The position numbers and the translations under genes are program-made. Of a stretch of 64,000 bases of DNA, positions 27,545 to 36,730 are shown one piece after another (within the stretch, counting starts at the first letter, position 1; each line of letters opens with the position of its first letter). The stretch comes from an uncultured Gammaproteobacteria bacterium (lineage in GTDB: Bacteria > Patescibacteriota > Patescibacteriia > Magasanikbacterales > GWA2-37-8): NCBI GenBank assembly GCA_964478235.1, contig CAYZGX010000001.1:42984-106983 (forward strand), given 5' to 3'. The notes beneath the pieces were generated by a model. The model was not told the origin of the DNA and ran no database searches. It was given only the letters and a program-made list of their open reading frames with translations.

Positions 27545-28834
27545 TTAACGAGAGTGACGACGAGGGGCATAATTACTGCCACCGCGATCATTGTGGACAC
27601 GAGGACCACCGCGATGTCCGCCACGCTGACCTCCGCGATCATGACGACCAAAACCACGAGAGTTAGTTTCAAAGACATGTAATTTTGGCGGTGGGGTGCG
27701 ACGAGGTGGAAGCACTGGCAAAGCCAATACTGGCAAAGTCTTGCGGATCAAGCGCTCAATAGAGCGAACATCACCACGCTCTTCTGGAGCAGCAAATGAA
27801 ATCGCTTTACCAGACGAACCAGCACGACCTGTACGACCGATGCGGTGTACATAATCTTCTGGGTTATCTGGCAAGTCGTAGTTAATAACGAGAGAAATAC
27901 CAGTCACATCAATACCACGAGCAGCAATATCTGTCGCTACCAAAATACGGTATTGACCAGATTTAAAACCAGCAAGTGCTGCTTTACGCTGTGCCAACGA
28001 ACGGTCGGAATGCATTTCCACAGCAGTGTGACCCATGTGGCGAATAATCAAAGCGATTTTTCGAGCGCCATGTTTGGTGCGTGAGAACACGAGCACACTA
28101 CCAGTATGATCAGTAAGTAATTTATCAAGAAGCTGGCCTTTCATATCTTTTGGCACAATAACCACTTCTTGTTCAACCTTAGACGCTGAAGTACCAGCTG
28201 GAGCCACTTCAATACGAAGCGGCATTTTCATATGGCGAGCAGCCATCGCAGCAATTTCGCCAGGCATAGTCGCTGAGAAAAGCATTGTTTGGCGTTCAGA
28301 CGGGACAGTAGAAAGAATTTGTTTAATTTGTGGAGCAAAGCCGATATCAAACATACGATCAGCTTCATCGAGCACGACCACTGAAACAGTTTTCAAATTA
28401 ACTGTCTTTTGTTCCATATGATCTACCAAACGACCTGGAGTCGCGATAATCACATGTGGATTACGGCGAAGCTGTTGAATTTGCTGGCCCATAGAAGCGC
28501 CACCAATTAAAACAGCCGTTTTGAGACCGAGTGAGCGACCAATCTTTTGAAGTGTTTCATCTACTTGGAGTGCGAGCTCACGAGTCGGGAGCACGACCAA
28601 GCCTTGGCCTTTGTGGTGCGCCAAACGCTGAATCATTGGGATACCAAACGCCAGTGTTTTGCCGGTACCAGTTTGCGCGATACCAACCACATCTTTACCT
28701 TCGATAGCCAAAGGAATCGCCTGATGTTGAATCGGCGTTGGGACGGTGTATTTGTGATGGCTTAAAGAAGCCAAAAGTTTCGGGGCAATCCCGAGGTTGT
28801 CGAAGCTCAAAGCTCCGGGTGTAGGGTGTGTCAT
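27545..28834 (-). CDS. DEAD-box ATP-dependent RNA helicase
   Basis: Q-motif region TPIQHQAIP. AQTGTGKT Walker A. VLDEADRM DEAD box. SAT, HRIGRTGR. RGG-rich C-terminal tail. Confidence 0.92.
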   Translation of the reverse strand: MTHPTPGALSFDNLGIAPKLLASLSHHKYTVPTPIQHQAIPLAIEGKDVVGIAQTGTGKTLAFGIPMIQRLAHHKGQGLVVLPTRELALQVDETLQKIGRSLGLKTAVLIGGASMGQQIQQLRRNPHVIIATPGRLVDHMEQKTVNLKTVSVVVLDEADRMFDIGFAPQIKQILSTVPSERQTMLFSATMPGEIAAMAARHMKMPLRIEVAPAGTSASKVEQEVVIVPKDMKGQLLDKLLTDHTGSVLVFSRTKHGARKIALIIRHMGHTAVEMHSDRSLAQRKAALAGFKSGQYRILVATDIAARGIDVTGISLVINYDLPDNPEDYVHRIGRTGRAGSSGKAISFAAPEERGDVRSIERLIRKTLPVLALPVLPPRRTPPPKLHVFETNSRGFGRHDRGGQRGGHRGGPRVHNDRGGSNYAPRRHSR

Positions 28835-29118
28835 AGTGACTATTAGGCGACCCGCCGTCTGCTCGAGCCACTTGATGACACATTGAGAAGATACGAGTCT
28901 GTCTACCGCTTAAAATAGCGATAAAGACTTAAGAAACACTAGTATACGCCAAAAGGGGTGTTTTGTCAAGGTTAAGCGGAAGAAAGGTGGTCGGGACATT
29001 GACGAAATAGTCTTTTTAGAGTAGTCTCCGTCTGTTCTTTCTTACACGCCTGTGGGGCAGGTGTGGTCAGCTGTTCTCTCACAACCAACACCCCGCGTTC
29101 AGGGGCTACGAGGTCGTC

Positions 29119-30375
29119 ATGGCAGAAAACGTCACAGAACGTCATCCAGCTGGGTTCAAGTACGTATTTTTTGGAGAATTGGCCGAGCGCGCCAGCTATT
29201 ACGGCATGCTCTGCCTGCTCACCAGCTATATGTTGAGCGTGCTCGGATTTGAGCAGGGCAAGGCTGGATTTGTCAGTCACACCTTCAAAGCAATGGCCTA
29301 CATCCTCCCGGTTCTCGGTGGCTACGTCGCCGATCGCTGGCTCGGGAAATTCAAAACGGTGATGGTTTTTTCCGTGCCGTATGTTCTCGGACATTTCATC
29401 ATTGGAGAGTGGCGAACTGAATCCGGCTTGTATTTGGCACTGGTTTTGCTTGCAGGCGGAAGTGGGGCTATCAAACCGAACGTCTACCCGCTTATGGCGC
29501 TCATGTACGAACGAGAAAAAAAGAGCGCACAACTTCTTGACCGGGCGAGTACGTATTTCTACGCCGCCATCAACATCGGTGCGGCCATCTCAATGCTCAC
29601 GCTCCCGGAAATTCGGACTCAGTGGGGCTACGGAACGGCCTTCATGGCACCGACCGTTCTCATGATCGTCGCTCTCATCGTTTTCGCCCTTGGCCGGAAG
29701 CACTACCCGACCGAGGAATTGCAGACTGTGATCAAGACCCCTGAAGAGAAACGAGAAAACCGCCAAGTCCTTATCGGGCTCAGCGGAATCTTTCTCTGCT
29801 ACATCCCCTTCTGGATGGCATACGATCAGCAGAATACCACCTGGGTGTTCTTCGCCAAGGACATGGACCTCTTGGGGCTCAAGGAGCCTGACACCATCCA
29901 ATGGTTGAACCCAGCGCTTATCATCCTCTTCGCAATGGTGAGTGGGCGCTTCTGGGGCTGGCTCGAACGACAAGGCATCAACCCGCGACCGACCGACAAG
30001 ATGAGCTACGGTCTCCTGCTCACCAGCCTCTGCATGATGATCTTGACCATCGCCGGTCTCTTCGCCAAAACCAGCCAAGTATCCCTGCTCTGGGAAGTGG
30101 CGGCCTACGTCGTTCTCGGCCTGGCTGAGATGTGTCTGTCGGTGGTCGGGCTGTCCTTTTTCTACAAGCAGGCGCCGGCGCATATGAAATCGCAAGTGAT
30201 GGCGGTTTTCCTGAGCATGGCCTTTGTTGGCAATCTGATCGCCGGCAGTCTGACCTGGCTCTACACATCACTCGGTCCGGCTGCCTATTTTGGAATGCTC
30301 TCTGCTATTCTTGCTACCACGGCCGCAATCTTTACACTGGTCGTGGCGAAAAAGTTCAACAGTAGAACATTGTAA
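29119..30375 (+). CDS. POT/PTR2-family peptide transporter (short form), high GC
   Basis: GELAERASYYGM matches the PTR2 ExxERFxYYG signature. Multi-TM. Local GC is clearly above background. Confidence 0.7.
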   Translation: MAENVTERHPAGFKYVFFGELAERASYYGMLCLLTSYMLSVLGFEQGKAGFVSHTFKAMAYILPVLGGYVADRWLGKFKTVMVFSVPYVLGHFIIGEWRTESGLYLALVLLAGGSGAIKPNVYPLMALMYEREKKSAQLLDRASTYFYAAINIGAAISMLTLPEIRTQWGYGTAFMAPTVLMIVALIVFALGRKHYPTEELQTVIKTPEEKRENRQVLIGLSGIFLCYIPFWMAYDQQNTTWVFFAKDMDLLGLKEPDTIQWLNPALIILFAMVSGRFWGWLERQGINPRPTDKMSYGLLLTSLCMMILTIAGLFAKTSQVSLLWEVAAYVVLGLAEMCLSVVGLSFFYKQAPAHMKSQVMAVFLSMAFVGNLIAGSLTWLYTSLGPAAYFGMLSAILATTAAIFTLVVAKKFNSRTL

Positions 30376-30504
30376 CACTCAACAAGGAGGAAATTGAGCG
30401 ATATACGGCCCCACCGTAGACTCGCTCATCCTTTCCAATGCTTACGCTTTATCAAAAGATGGTCAGTGGAAATTAAAAAACCTACACGTTCTTGTGTAGG
30501 TTTT

Positions 30505-31374
30505 TTATTGAGTAAAAAACTCTGCCGGAAAGCCACTCGATGATTCAAGCGACATGTCTGATCGAAGCAAAGCGTATTCAAAAGAATAGGCTTTACGAAG
30601 TATATCTGGTGAAGTAAAAAAGAGAGCGGTCGTCAAACCATCTGCCACCAGAGCAGTATCGGCTATCGCCCACACCGCCACGATATCTTGAGGCGAAGTG
30701 AGTGTGTGCGGATTAATAATATGATGATACTTCCCCCACACACGGCGATTGCCCGCCGAACCACAAATACTCCCCTTCCCGAGCTCTGCCACACCAACAA
30801 CCTGTTTAGCATCAAACGGATTTTCGAGACCAACACGCAACGCCGGTTTAGTGCGTGAGTGTAAAATATCTCCACCAGCATCAATACTGAAATTCAAAAC
30901 ACCTTCGCGCTTAAGCAGGTCACCAACAATATCTATCAGATAACCTTTGCCAGCGGCGCCGAAATCTAAAAGAGCTGGTTGTTTAAGAATAAGTTTCGGA
31001 TGCGCATATGAAATGACCTCTTCGTAGCGAGGCGGGGTGTGTACTTCGCCCGACTTCAAAGAATACGAGGCATCATAACCAGCATCCACCAACACCTGAC
31101 CAATAAGCGGTGTTACTGCGCCATCGGTGAGGCGATACAGTGTTTCATACAAATCAAAAAGCGGCGGAGCGTCGTCAGGCATGACGTACTCCCCCGCTTG
31201 TTTGGCCATTGTCGAGACGAGTGAGTCGCCTCGAAAACGAGAATAATTTTTATCAAATTCAGCAATACGAACGCAAATCTTTTGGATAATGTCTGTTTGT
31301 TCGGCGTCGTTTAGTTCGTCAAAAATATCTATCTGCCAACGAGTACCAATCGCTTCAAAAACAAACGGTGACAT
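30505..31374 (-). CDS. apbE: FAD:protein FMN transferase
   Basis: FEAIGT, DFGAAGKGY, SIDAGGD, GKYHHIINPHT motifs of ApbE. Confidence 0.85.
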   Translation of the reverse strand: MSPFVFEAIGTRWQIDIFDELNDAEQTDIIQKICVRIAEFDKNYSRFRGDSLVSTMAKQAGEYVMPDDAPPLFDLYETLYRLTDGAVTPLIGQVLVDAGYDASYSLKSGEVHTPPRYEEVISYAHPKLILKQPALLDFGAAGKGYLIDIVGDLLKREGVLNFSIDAGGDILHSRTKPALRVGLENPFDAKQVVGVAELGKGSICGSAGNRRVWGKYHHIINPHTLTSPQDIVAVWAIADTALVADGLTTALFFTSPDILRKAYSFEYALLRSDMSLESSSGFPAEFFTQ

Positions 31375-31380
31375 ATCAAA

Positions 31381-31941
31381 CTAGGAATTCTTCGCGTCAA
31401 CTTTAATGTTAGCGAGAGCTTCGTTGAAACCTTTTGGAGTGAGACTGGAACTAGAGACTTTATCCAATTGCACTTCGTCAATATTTTTACCAAGCACTAA
31501 TGGTTTATAGTTTTTAATAAATACATCCTGGTAGAAAACAGATTTTGGAATAGTTGCTTTTGCTTCAACTTCAACTTCGGTAATTTTGTCATTCACTAAT
31601 GTTAGAACAACAGCAATCTCTTCGGCACCACCTGGTGAGCGGTAGTCGCCAATCGCTGAATAACGACCATCCTTATACACTGTCTTTTTGACAGCTGGAG
31701 TTGGGGCTGGTGAGGTTTCTTTGGTCGCCTCTGGAGTAGCAACAGGAGTAGTGGTGGCGAGAGTTGGCTCAGCCGAAGTGACTGGAGTCGTCACTACTGG
31801 ATCGACTGCTGGCGCCAAAGCACGACGCTGCCCCGACATATACATCAAAACACCAATTGGCAAAGCAATCAAAACAACAAGAGGAATAATAATTTTAGCT
31901 TTTCCAGAAGAAACTGGTTCTGGAGACATTGGTTGATCCAT
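31381..31941 (-). CDS. Membrane-anchored FMN-binding domain protein (likely ApbE substrate)
   Basis: N-terminal TM. Pro/Thr-rich linker. FMN_bind-like C-terminal domain containing DKVSSSSLT, a variant of the Dxx(S/T)GAT flavinylation motif. Confidence 0.6.
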   Translation of the reverse strand: MDQPMSPEPVSSGKAKIIIPLVVLIALPIGVLMYMSGQRRALAPAVDPVVTTPVTSAEPTLATTTPVATPEATKETSPAPTPAVKKTVYKDGRYSAIGDYRSPGGAEEIAVVLTLVNDKITEVEVEAKATIPKSVFYQDVFIKNYKPLVLGKNIDEVQLDKVSSSSLTPKGFNEALANIKVDAKNS

Positions 31942-32015
31942 ATAAAATAATTAGACAATTAGTACATAGTATTCTAACTGTAGACCAACAAAAAAGCAAG
32001 GTTTGAGGATGTGAA

Positions 32016-33410
32016 CTACGAAGAGTACGACTGTTTGAGCGACACATCGCTCGTCACCATATCCGGCGCATCTGGAACAAGCTCAGTTTTCATCCGGTAC
32101 GCATCAAATTGGTAGCGCCCACCCAAGAAAACCATCAACTGTTCAGCATCGCGAAGACCGTTATAGAGACAAACACTCGCCCCCGGCGACGGTGTCATAT
32201 TAAAAATAATCCCCTCGCCAAGAATTTTACCTTCACCAAGCTGGAGCTCGCCAGTTGTCACATTCACGCGCTGAAGACGCATCCCACCATAACCAACTGC
32301 TCGAGTCAGATCAGCACCAGAAATAGTTGGTACGATTTTTTTAATTTGTGACACAAAGAAGTATTTTCCAATATACGGTAATTCGTAAAGAATATTTTTA
32401 GCGAGATACAAAAAACGTAATGGGTCGAACAAAATACCGGCAAAACTTTTCCAAGTGACCGGGCGCAAAAGCCCAGCTGACGTAAAGTAGGCACTCATTG
32501 TTTTTAGGTTGCGACTTTCAAGCACTGGGAAAAACCGAGCTGTCGGGCCCCAACGAGTTTTGTTTGGTACATTCACATCCGGGTCACCATGTGCCGCTGC
32601 AAACGGCAGTTTCGGCTCTTGCATCGTATACACTTTGCCACGAAGTAAATCCTTGGAAAAATAAAAAGTACCAGCAATCGGAATGAGCGAATATTCATGG
32701 CCATAGCCCATCGCTTTGGCAAAGCCAAGGCTGTAGGCATCAGTGTCCACCACAACGGTGGTTGCGGTGAGAGTGCCCGCCGATGTTTCCACCTCAAAAA
32801 TACCATCAGCATTTTTGGAAATACGCGTGACTGAGCGACCAAGAAATACATCCACGATTTTGTCGGTAACTTTTTTAGCTTGTGAGACAAACGACTCAGC
32901 GAGCGCACCAAAATTCACAGCATACCCTTCGTTATTGGCGAGCGCCAAAACTGGCTCATCGGGTGAGCGCCCACGCATCACCGCCGGCTCACACTCAGCA
33001 ATCTCCAGACCAGAGAGTTTAGTTATTTCCGGAAAAAGCGGTTTCAAATCAGCATATCTTTTTTCTAGCGTCACCACTTCTTTGGCGCCAACCGCCAAAA
33101 CCATTTTATGAACTTTAGTAACAATCCCCGCTCGCTCAGCTTCTGGTAGAGCCTCGGCATACCGAGCCACCATCATAGCCGCTGGTTTCACTTGGCGAAC
33201 TTTATCTATCGTGTAATTCGTTTCAATATCGCCAACATGAAGCGTCTGACTATTATTTTTAGCGTTAGAATTAACTTGGCCAAGAGTGGCATATTTTTCT
33301 ACCAACGCCACCGAAGAAACATTGGTGTAGCGAGCCAAGGTATACAAAAGAGCGGTGCCGCTCGCCCCGCCACCGATAACTAAAATGTCGTAGTGTTGTT
33401 GTTTAGACAT
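32016..33410 (-). CDS. FAD-dependent oxidoreductase, malate:quinone oxidoreductase (Mqo) family-like
   Basis: DILVIGGGASGTALL dinucleotide fold. QVNSNAKNNSQTLHVGDIETNYT aligns with the Mqo SSNxWNNAGTGH...ELNYT block. Confidence 0.6.
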   Translation of the reverse strand: MSKQQHYDILVIGGGASGTALLYTLARYTNVSSVALVEKYATLGQVNSNAKNNSQTLHVGDIETNYTIDKVRQVKPAAMMVARYAEALPEAERAGIVTKVHKMVLAVGAKEVVTLEKRYADLKPLFPEITKLSGLEIAECEPAVMRGRSPDEPVLALANNEGYAVNFGALAESFVSQAKKVTDKIVDVFLGRSVTRISKNADGIFEVETSAGTLTATTVVVDTDAYSLGFAKAMGYGHEYSLIPIAGTFYFSKDLLRGKVYTMQEPKLPFAAAHGDPDVNVPNKTRWGPTARFFPVLESRNLKTMSAYFTSAGLLRPVTWKSFAGILFDPLRFLYLAKNILYELPYIGKYFFVSQIKKIVPTISGADLTRAVGYGGMRLQRVNVTTGELQLGEGKILGEGIIFNMTPSPGASVCLYNGLRDAEQLMVFLGGRYQFDAYRMKTELVPDAPDMVTSDVSLKQSYSS

Positions 33411-33492
33411 AGTCTGCTAAGCATAGCGGGTTTAGCTGGGTTTGTCTATGAATACAATAATCCCCCTCATATGAGGGGGATTATTTATTTAG

Positions 33493-33580
33493 CAGGCGCG
33501 GCAGGAATCCCGCTCGCTCCGACTCGCGGCCTGGGCGCTATACTCAAGACCTCGCACTTGCTCGGTCTTTTCTCGCGCCC
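33493..33580 (-). pseudogene. Degenerate tRNA-like gene (88 nt) sharing acceptor stem and 3' end with adjacent tRNA-Trp
   Basis: RNA GGGCGCG...CGCGCCTG has the same 7-bp acceptor and 3' T-stem strand as tRNA-Trp, but the body is unrelated and the T-loop is broken. It is followed by its own palindromic terminator, TCCCCCTCATATGAGGGGGA. Confidence 0.5.
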
Positions 33581-33638
33581 TTCGATTCCATCATGTCTAC
33601 TTAAATAAACACCTCATTTGAGGTGTTTATTTATTTAG

Positions 33639-33709
33639 CAGGCGCGGCAGGAATCGAACCCACGCAGGTGGTTTTGGAGACCACCGTACTACCATTATAC
33701 GACGCGCCC
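33639..33709 (-). tRNA. tRNA-Trp (CCA)
   Basis: Acceptor GGGCGCG/CGCGCCT (G1-U wobble). Anticodon stem GTGGT/ACCAC with loop CTCCAAA. T-loop TTCGATT. Discriminator G. Terminator hairpin AACACCTCAtttGAGGTGTT downstream. Confidence 0.75.
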
Positions 33710-33717
33710 AGATTATA

Positions 33718-34488
33718 TTATTCTTTCACTTCATCGTTCGTCACCACCACCGCCGTCATAAAGGCGAAGAGGGCAAGTGTGTTACCGTATGGCACCACAA
33801 TACCCACCATAGAGAGCCCCATAACAAGCAGGGTCGGCAAAGTGATAGCAAACAGCCCCATAGTAAACAATTCTTTGAAATACCACGGTCGGCGAACGAG
33901 CTGACCCACCAGATATACCAGACTTGTAACCACGATAAGGAGCCACACCTTTATAACAAAAAAGGTGATAAAAAGCAAGAGAACAAAGCCGAAAGCCCAC
34001 AAAACAAGTGCGGTTGGACTAGTCAGCTGAAGCAAGTTGCTTGCTACCATTTCCGAAGTTGCTGTCCCGTTTGGAGCAGTGTCCCACAATCGTGTTTCTT
34101 CTCGATCAGTTGTAGCGTTATACACCGTCACACCTAAACGGGAAACAGTAATACTATTAGTATTCAAACGAGAGATAGTGTTAGTTGCCACGGTATCCAC
34201 ATAAACAGTCATACCATTGCGTTCAACTACAAACGGTTGTTCTAGCCCGGCAATAGATAAAGTACCGCTCGCCATTGTAGCTGAAAAAGTCGGCAAACCT
34301 TTTTCGGCCACCTGTCGCACTTCTTGAACAACTGGCATCGCCGCCAAACCGATCGGCAAAGCCACCACCACCGTCAGAAGAAAAATAAACGACGAAAAAT
34401 ACCGCCACGCGCCCACGGTAGACACGCGATTGGCTTTGAGCCAAGAGATATCGGATAGACTGTTTCTAAAAGCGATGAGAAAGCGCAT
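33718..34488 (-). CDS. Multi-TM membrane protein (hypothetical)
   Basis: 256 aa. N-terminal TM, central extracytoplasmic segment and four C-terminal TMs. Confidence 0.6.
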   Translation of the reverse strand: MRFLIAFRNSLSDISWLKANRVSTVGAWRYFSSFIFLLTVVVALPIGLAAMPVVQEVRQVAEKGLPTFSATMASGTLSIAGLEQPFVVERNGMTVYVDTVATNTISRLNTNSITVSRLGVTVYNATTDREETRLWDTAPNGTATSEMVASNLLQLTSPTALVLWAFGFVLLLFITFFVIKVWLLIVVTSLVYLVGQLVRRPWYFKELFTMGLFAITLPTLLVMGLSMVGIVVPYGNTLALFAFMTAVVVTNDEVKE

Positions 34489-34532
34489 AGATGGCCAAAA
34501 ACAAAGCGAGGCTAGCGCCTCGCTCAGGTTTG

Positions 34533-34688
34533 TTATTTCGTTTCTTTGTGAGGAGTGCTTTTCTTGCAGTGTTTGCAGAACTTAGCAATTTCCAAGCGGT
34601 TCTTCAATGTCTTCTTGTTCTTGCGAGTGAAGTAATTGAGGTGCTTGCAAACCGTGCACTCGAGTTTGACCATGTTATCTTGTGACAT
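34533..34688 (-). CDS. rpmG: 50S ribosomal protein L33
   Basis: Hand translation gives [51 protein letters not shown] (51 aa), the CxxC...CxxC L33 zinc ribbon. Absent from the ORF track because it is under 60 aa. Confidence 0.85.
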   Translation of the reverse strand: MSQDNMVKLECTVCKHLNYFTRKNKKTLKNRLEIAKFCKHCKKSTPHKETK

Positions 34689-34756
34689 ACGGGTTGGTTA
34701 TAATAGTGGGATTAGTCTACCACACAGGGTGTAAATAATCAAGGGGGTAGCCATTA

Positions 34757-34788
34757 GAACGAAAAAACCCACTTTCAGAGGGTTTTTA
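34757..34788 (-). terminator. Terminator ending the tRNA Tyr-Thr-Thr cluster
   Basis: AAACCC-tctgaaagt-GGGTTT plus TTTT on the minus strand. Confidence 0.75.
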
Positions 34789-34789
34789 C

Positions 34790-34865
34790 TGGAGCCGATA
34801 AGCGGGATTGAACCGCTGACCTCGTCCTTACCATGGACGCGCTCTACCAACTGAGCTACATCGGC
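34790..34865 (-). tRNA. tRNA-Thr (GGU), CCA encoded
   Basis: GCCGATG acceptor. Anticodon loop ATGGTAA. T-loop TTCAATC. 3' ...GGCTCCA. Confidence 0.85.
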
Positions 34866-34880
34866 ATATGATAGCCTATG

Positions 34881-34953
34881 AGCCGCCTGTCGGATTTGAA
34901 CCGACGACCCACAGTTTACAAAACTGTTGCTCTACCAGCTGAGCTAAGGCGGC
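34881..34953 (-). tRNA. tRNA-Thr (UGU)
   Basis: GCCGCCT/AGGCGGC acceptor. Anticodon stem ACAGT/ACTGT with loop TTTGTAA. T-stem GTCGG/CCGAC. Confidence 0.85.
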
Positions 34954-34989
34954 GTCTATGTTTCTAGTTTTTGCGCGGAAAACCGCTTG

Positions 34990-35071
34990 TGGGCAGTCTA
35001 GGATTCGAACCTAGGAAGGCGTAGCCAACTGATTTACAGTCAGTCCCGTTTGACCGCTTCGGTAACTGCCC
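34990..35071 (-). tRNA. tRNA-Tyr (GUA), long variable arm
   Basis: GGGCAGT/ACTGCCC acceptor. Anticodon stem ACTGA/TCAGT with loop CTGTAAA. T-stem CTAGG/CCTAG. Confidence 0.85.
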
Positions 35072-35079
35072 AAACAACC

Positions 35080-35970
35080 CTAGACCAATTCTTTAATTCG
35101 GTCTTGGAAAACCTGTAATTTTTGGTTTTTTGGATTCACGAGGCGAAGTTCTTGAAAACCATGCATCGCTAAATCCTTGTCGCCACATAGTATACCAACT
35201 TCTATCAATAAGTCAAGATACTTAGGGTTCTTGGGTTCGAGCTCTACTGCCGACAATATTGCCTCCTTGGCCACCAGGGGCTGTTTCACCTTTACCAAGA
35301 GCTCGGCGAGGTGATAAAACCGCGGGGACAAAGCGTCATTTAAAACCATCGCCTGTTCGTAATATTTAATTGCCTGCTCCAAATCCCCCTTAGCTTCGGC
35401 CATTTCAGCTAGCTTCACCATCGCTCCATCATCGTCTGGTTTGAGCTTGAGCAAAAAATGTAGTGTCTCTTCAGCCTCTTCGCGCGCCCCTTTGGCCAAA
35501 TACGTTTCCGCCAAACCGCGGTACGCTTCAATAGATTTTGGATCGGTGCTAATAACGTTAATATACAACGACTCAGCTTTGTCATATTCTCCCAAACCAA
35601 ATTGAACCCCGGCATCTTGGAGTGTGCTTTGAGCTCGCGAAGCTTCTTCAGCACCAGAAGACTGGGCTTTCTTTTTAGCACGCTGTTCGTGGTGAAGCAC
35701 ACGCTCAATCTTACCAACATACACCCGAAATTTAAGCTGCAAAAAACCCCACAGCTTACGAAGCGGTTTAAATCTATCGACTAAACGACGCATCATCGCT
35801 CCCCCTTCGGCCTGCATCCGACGACTCATAATTTCTTTTTTCTTACGAGCTTCTTTTTCTTCAGGCAAATTATCTATATCCACATGAGCCACCTGCGGAA
35901 ATTTGCGAACAATAATAGTTGCAAACACCCCAAAACTAATGACCATGAGTGCTAAAAGTATGTAGGTCAT
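35080..35970 (-). CDS. Membrane-anchored TPR-repeat protein
   Basis: N-terminal TM followed by several 34-aa TPR-like repeats (AYRGLAETYLAKG..., AIKYYEQAMVLND...). Confidence 0.7.
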   Translation of the reverse strand: MTYILLALMVISFGVFATIIVRKFPQVAHVDIDNLPEEKEARKKKEIMSRRMQAEGGAMMRRLVDRFKPLRKLWGFLQLKFRVYVGKIERVLHHEQRAKKKAQSSGAEEASRAQSTLQDAGVQFGLGEYDKAESLYINVISTDPKSIEAYRGLAETYLAKGAREEAEETLHFLLKLKPDDDGAMVKLAEMAEAKGDLEQAIKYYEQAMVLNDALSPRFYHLAELLVKVKQPLVAKEAILSAVELEPKNPKYLDLLIEVGILCGDKDLAMHGFQELRLVNPKNQKLQVFQDRIKELV

Positions 35971-35973
35971 AGA

Positions 35974-36729
35974 TTATGCTTTCATCGCCTTAAGAATAGC
36001 TTCTAGGCTTTCTGCTTTGGTGGAGGCGCCACCAATAAGTACACCATCAATAGACGGCAGAGAAATATACTCAAGAACATTTTCAGGTCGTACACTACCA
36101 CCATACAGCACTTTTGGCTCGACGCCCGGCACAAGCGCCGAAACATACCCAAGAGTAAGATCGGCCATTCTGTCGGCTTCAGCTGGATCACATGATTCTC
36201 CAGTACCAATCGCCCACACCGGCTCATACGCTATAATAAGTGGAATATTTTTTGGCCAAACAAGACCGGTAAAGGCAGCTCGCACTTGCGATTCTACTAC
36301 TTCAGCAGCCACCCCTTCATTGCGCTCGTGAAGCGTCTCACCAACACACAACACCGGAGTGAGACCATCTGCCAAAACAGCGGTCATTTTTTCTCGCACA
36401 TCATGATTAGTTTCTTTAAAAACATGACGACGTTCTGAATGACCAACCAAAGCAAACGACGCTCCAAGCTCGGCATACATCTCCGCAGACACTTCACCAG
36501 TATATCCGCCTTCTTCTACCCAATACACATTTTGAGCGCCAGTAGCCACTTTACCCGAAAGAACATCCTGCACACCCTTAAACGATAAGCTAGACGGAAA
36601 AACAGCCAAAGTATTTGACTTAGAAATAGAACTTGCCAACTTGGCGCATGTTTTGGCCAACTCAACACTCTTGTCGTAGCCCAAATACATTTTCCAATTC
36701 AAGAAGGTGTATAGCTTTTTCATACTCAA
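35974..36729 (-). CDS. tpiA: Triosephosphate isomerase
   Basis: AYEPVWAIGTG active-site loop, VGHSERR, GGS... Confidence 0.95.
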   Translation of the reverse strand: MSMKKLYTFLNWKMYLGYDKSVELAKTCAKLASSISKSNTLAVFPSSLSFKGVQDVLSGKVATGAQNVYWVEEGGYTGEVSAEMYAELGASFALVGHSERRHVFKETNHDVREKMTAVLADGLTPVLCVGETLHERNEGVAAEVVESQVRAAFTGLVWPKNIPLIIAYEPVWAIGTGESCDPAEADRMADLTLGYVSALVPGVEPKVLYGGSVRPENVLEYISLPSIDGVLIGGASTKAESLEAILKAMKA

Positions 36730-36730
36730 T

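Noticed and set aside
28972-30271. Long antisense and overlapping ORFs (186, 201, 94, 83, 77, 75 aa) across the POT transporter region
   Set aside because: They occur only inside the high-GC block and lie antisense to or out of frame with a well-supported POT transporter. This is a typical high-GC stop-codon-depletion artefact.
33510-33608. Treating the GC-rich 98 nt between the two 29-mer repeats as an integrated element
   Set aside because: It is far too short to encode anything. It is bounded by the same acceptor-stem halves as tRNA-Trp, so it is better explained as the body of a decayed tRNA-like copy.
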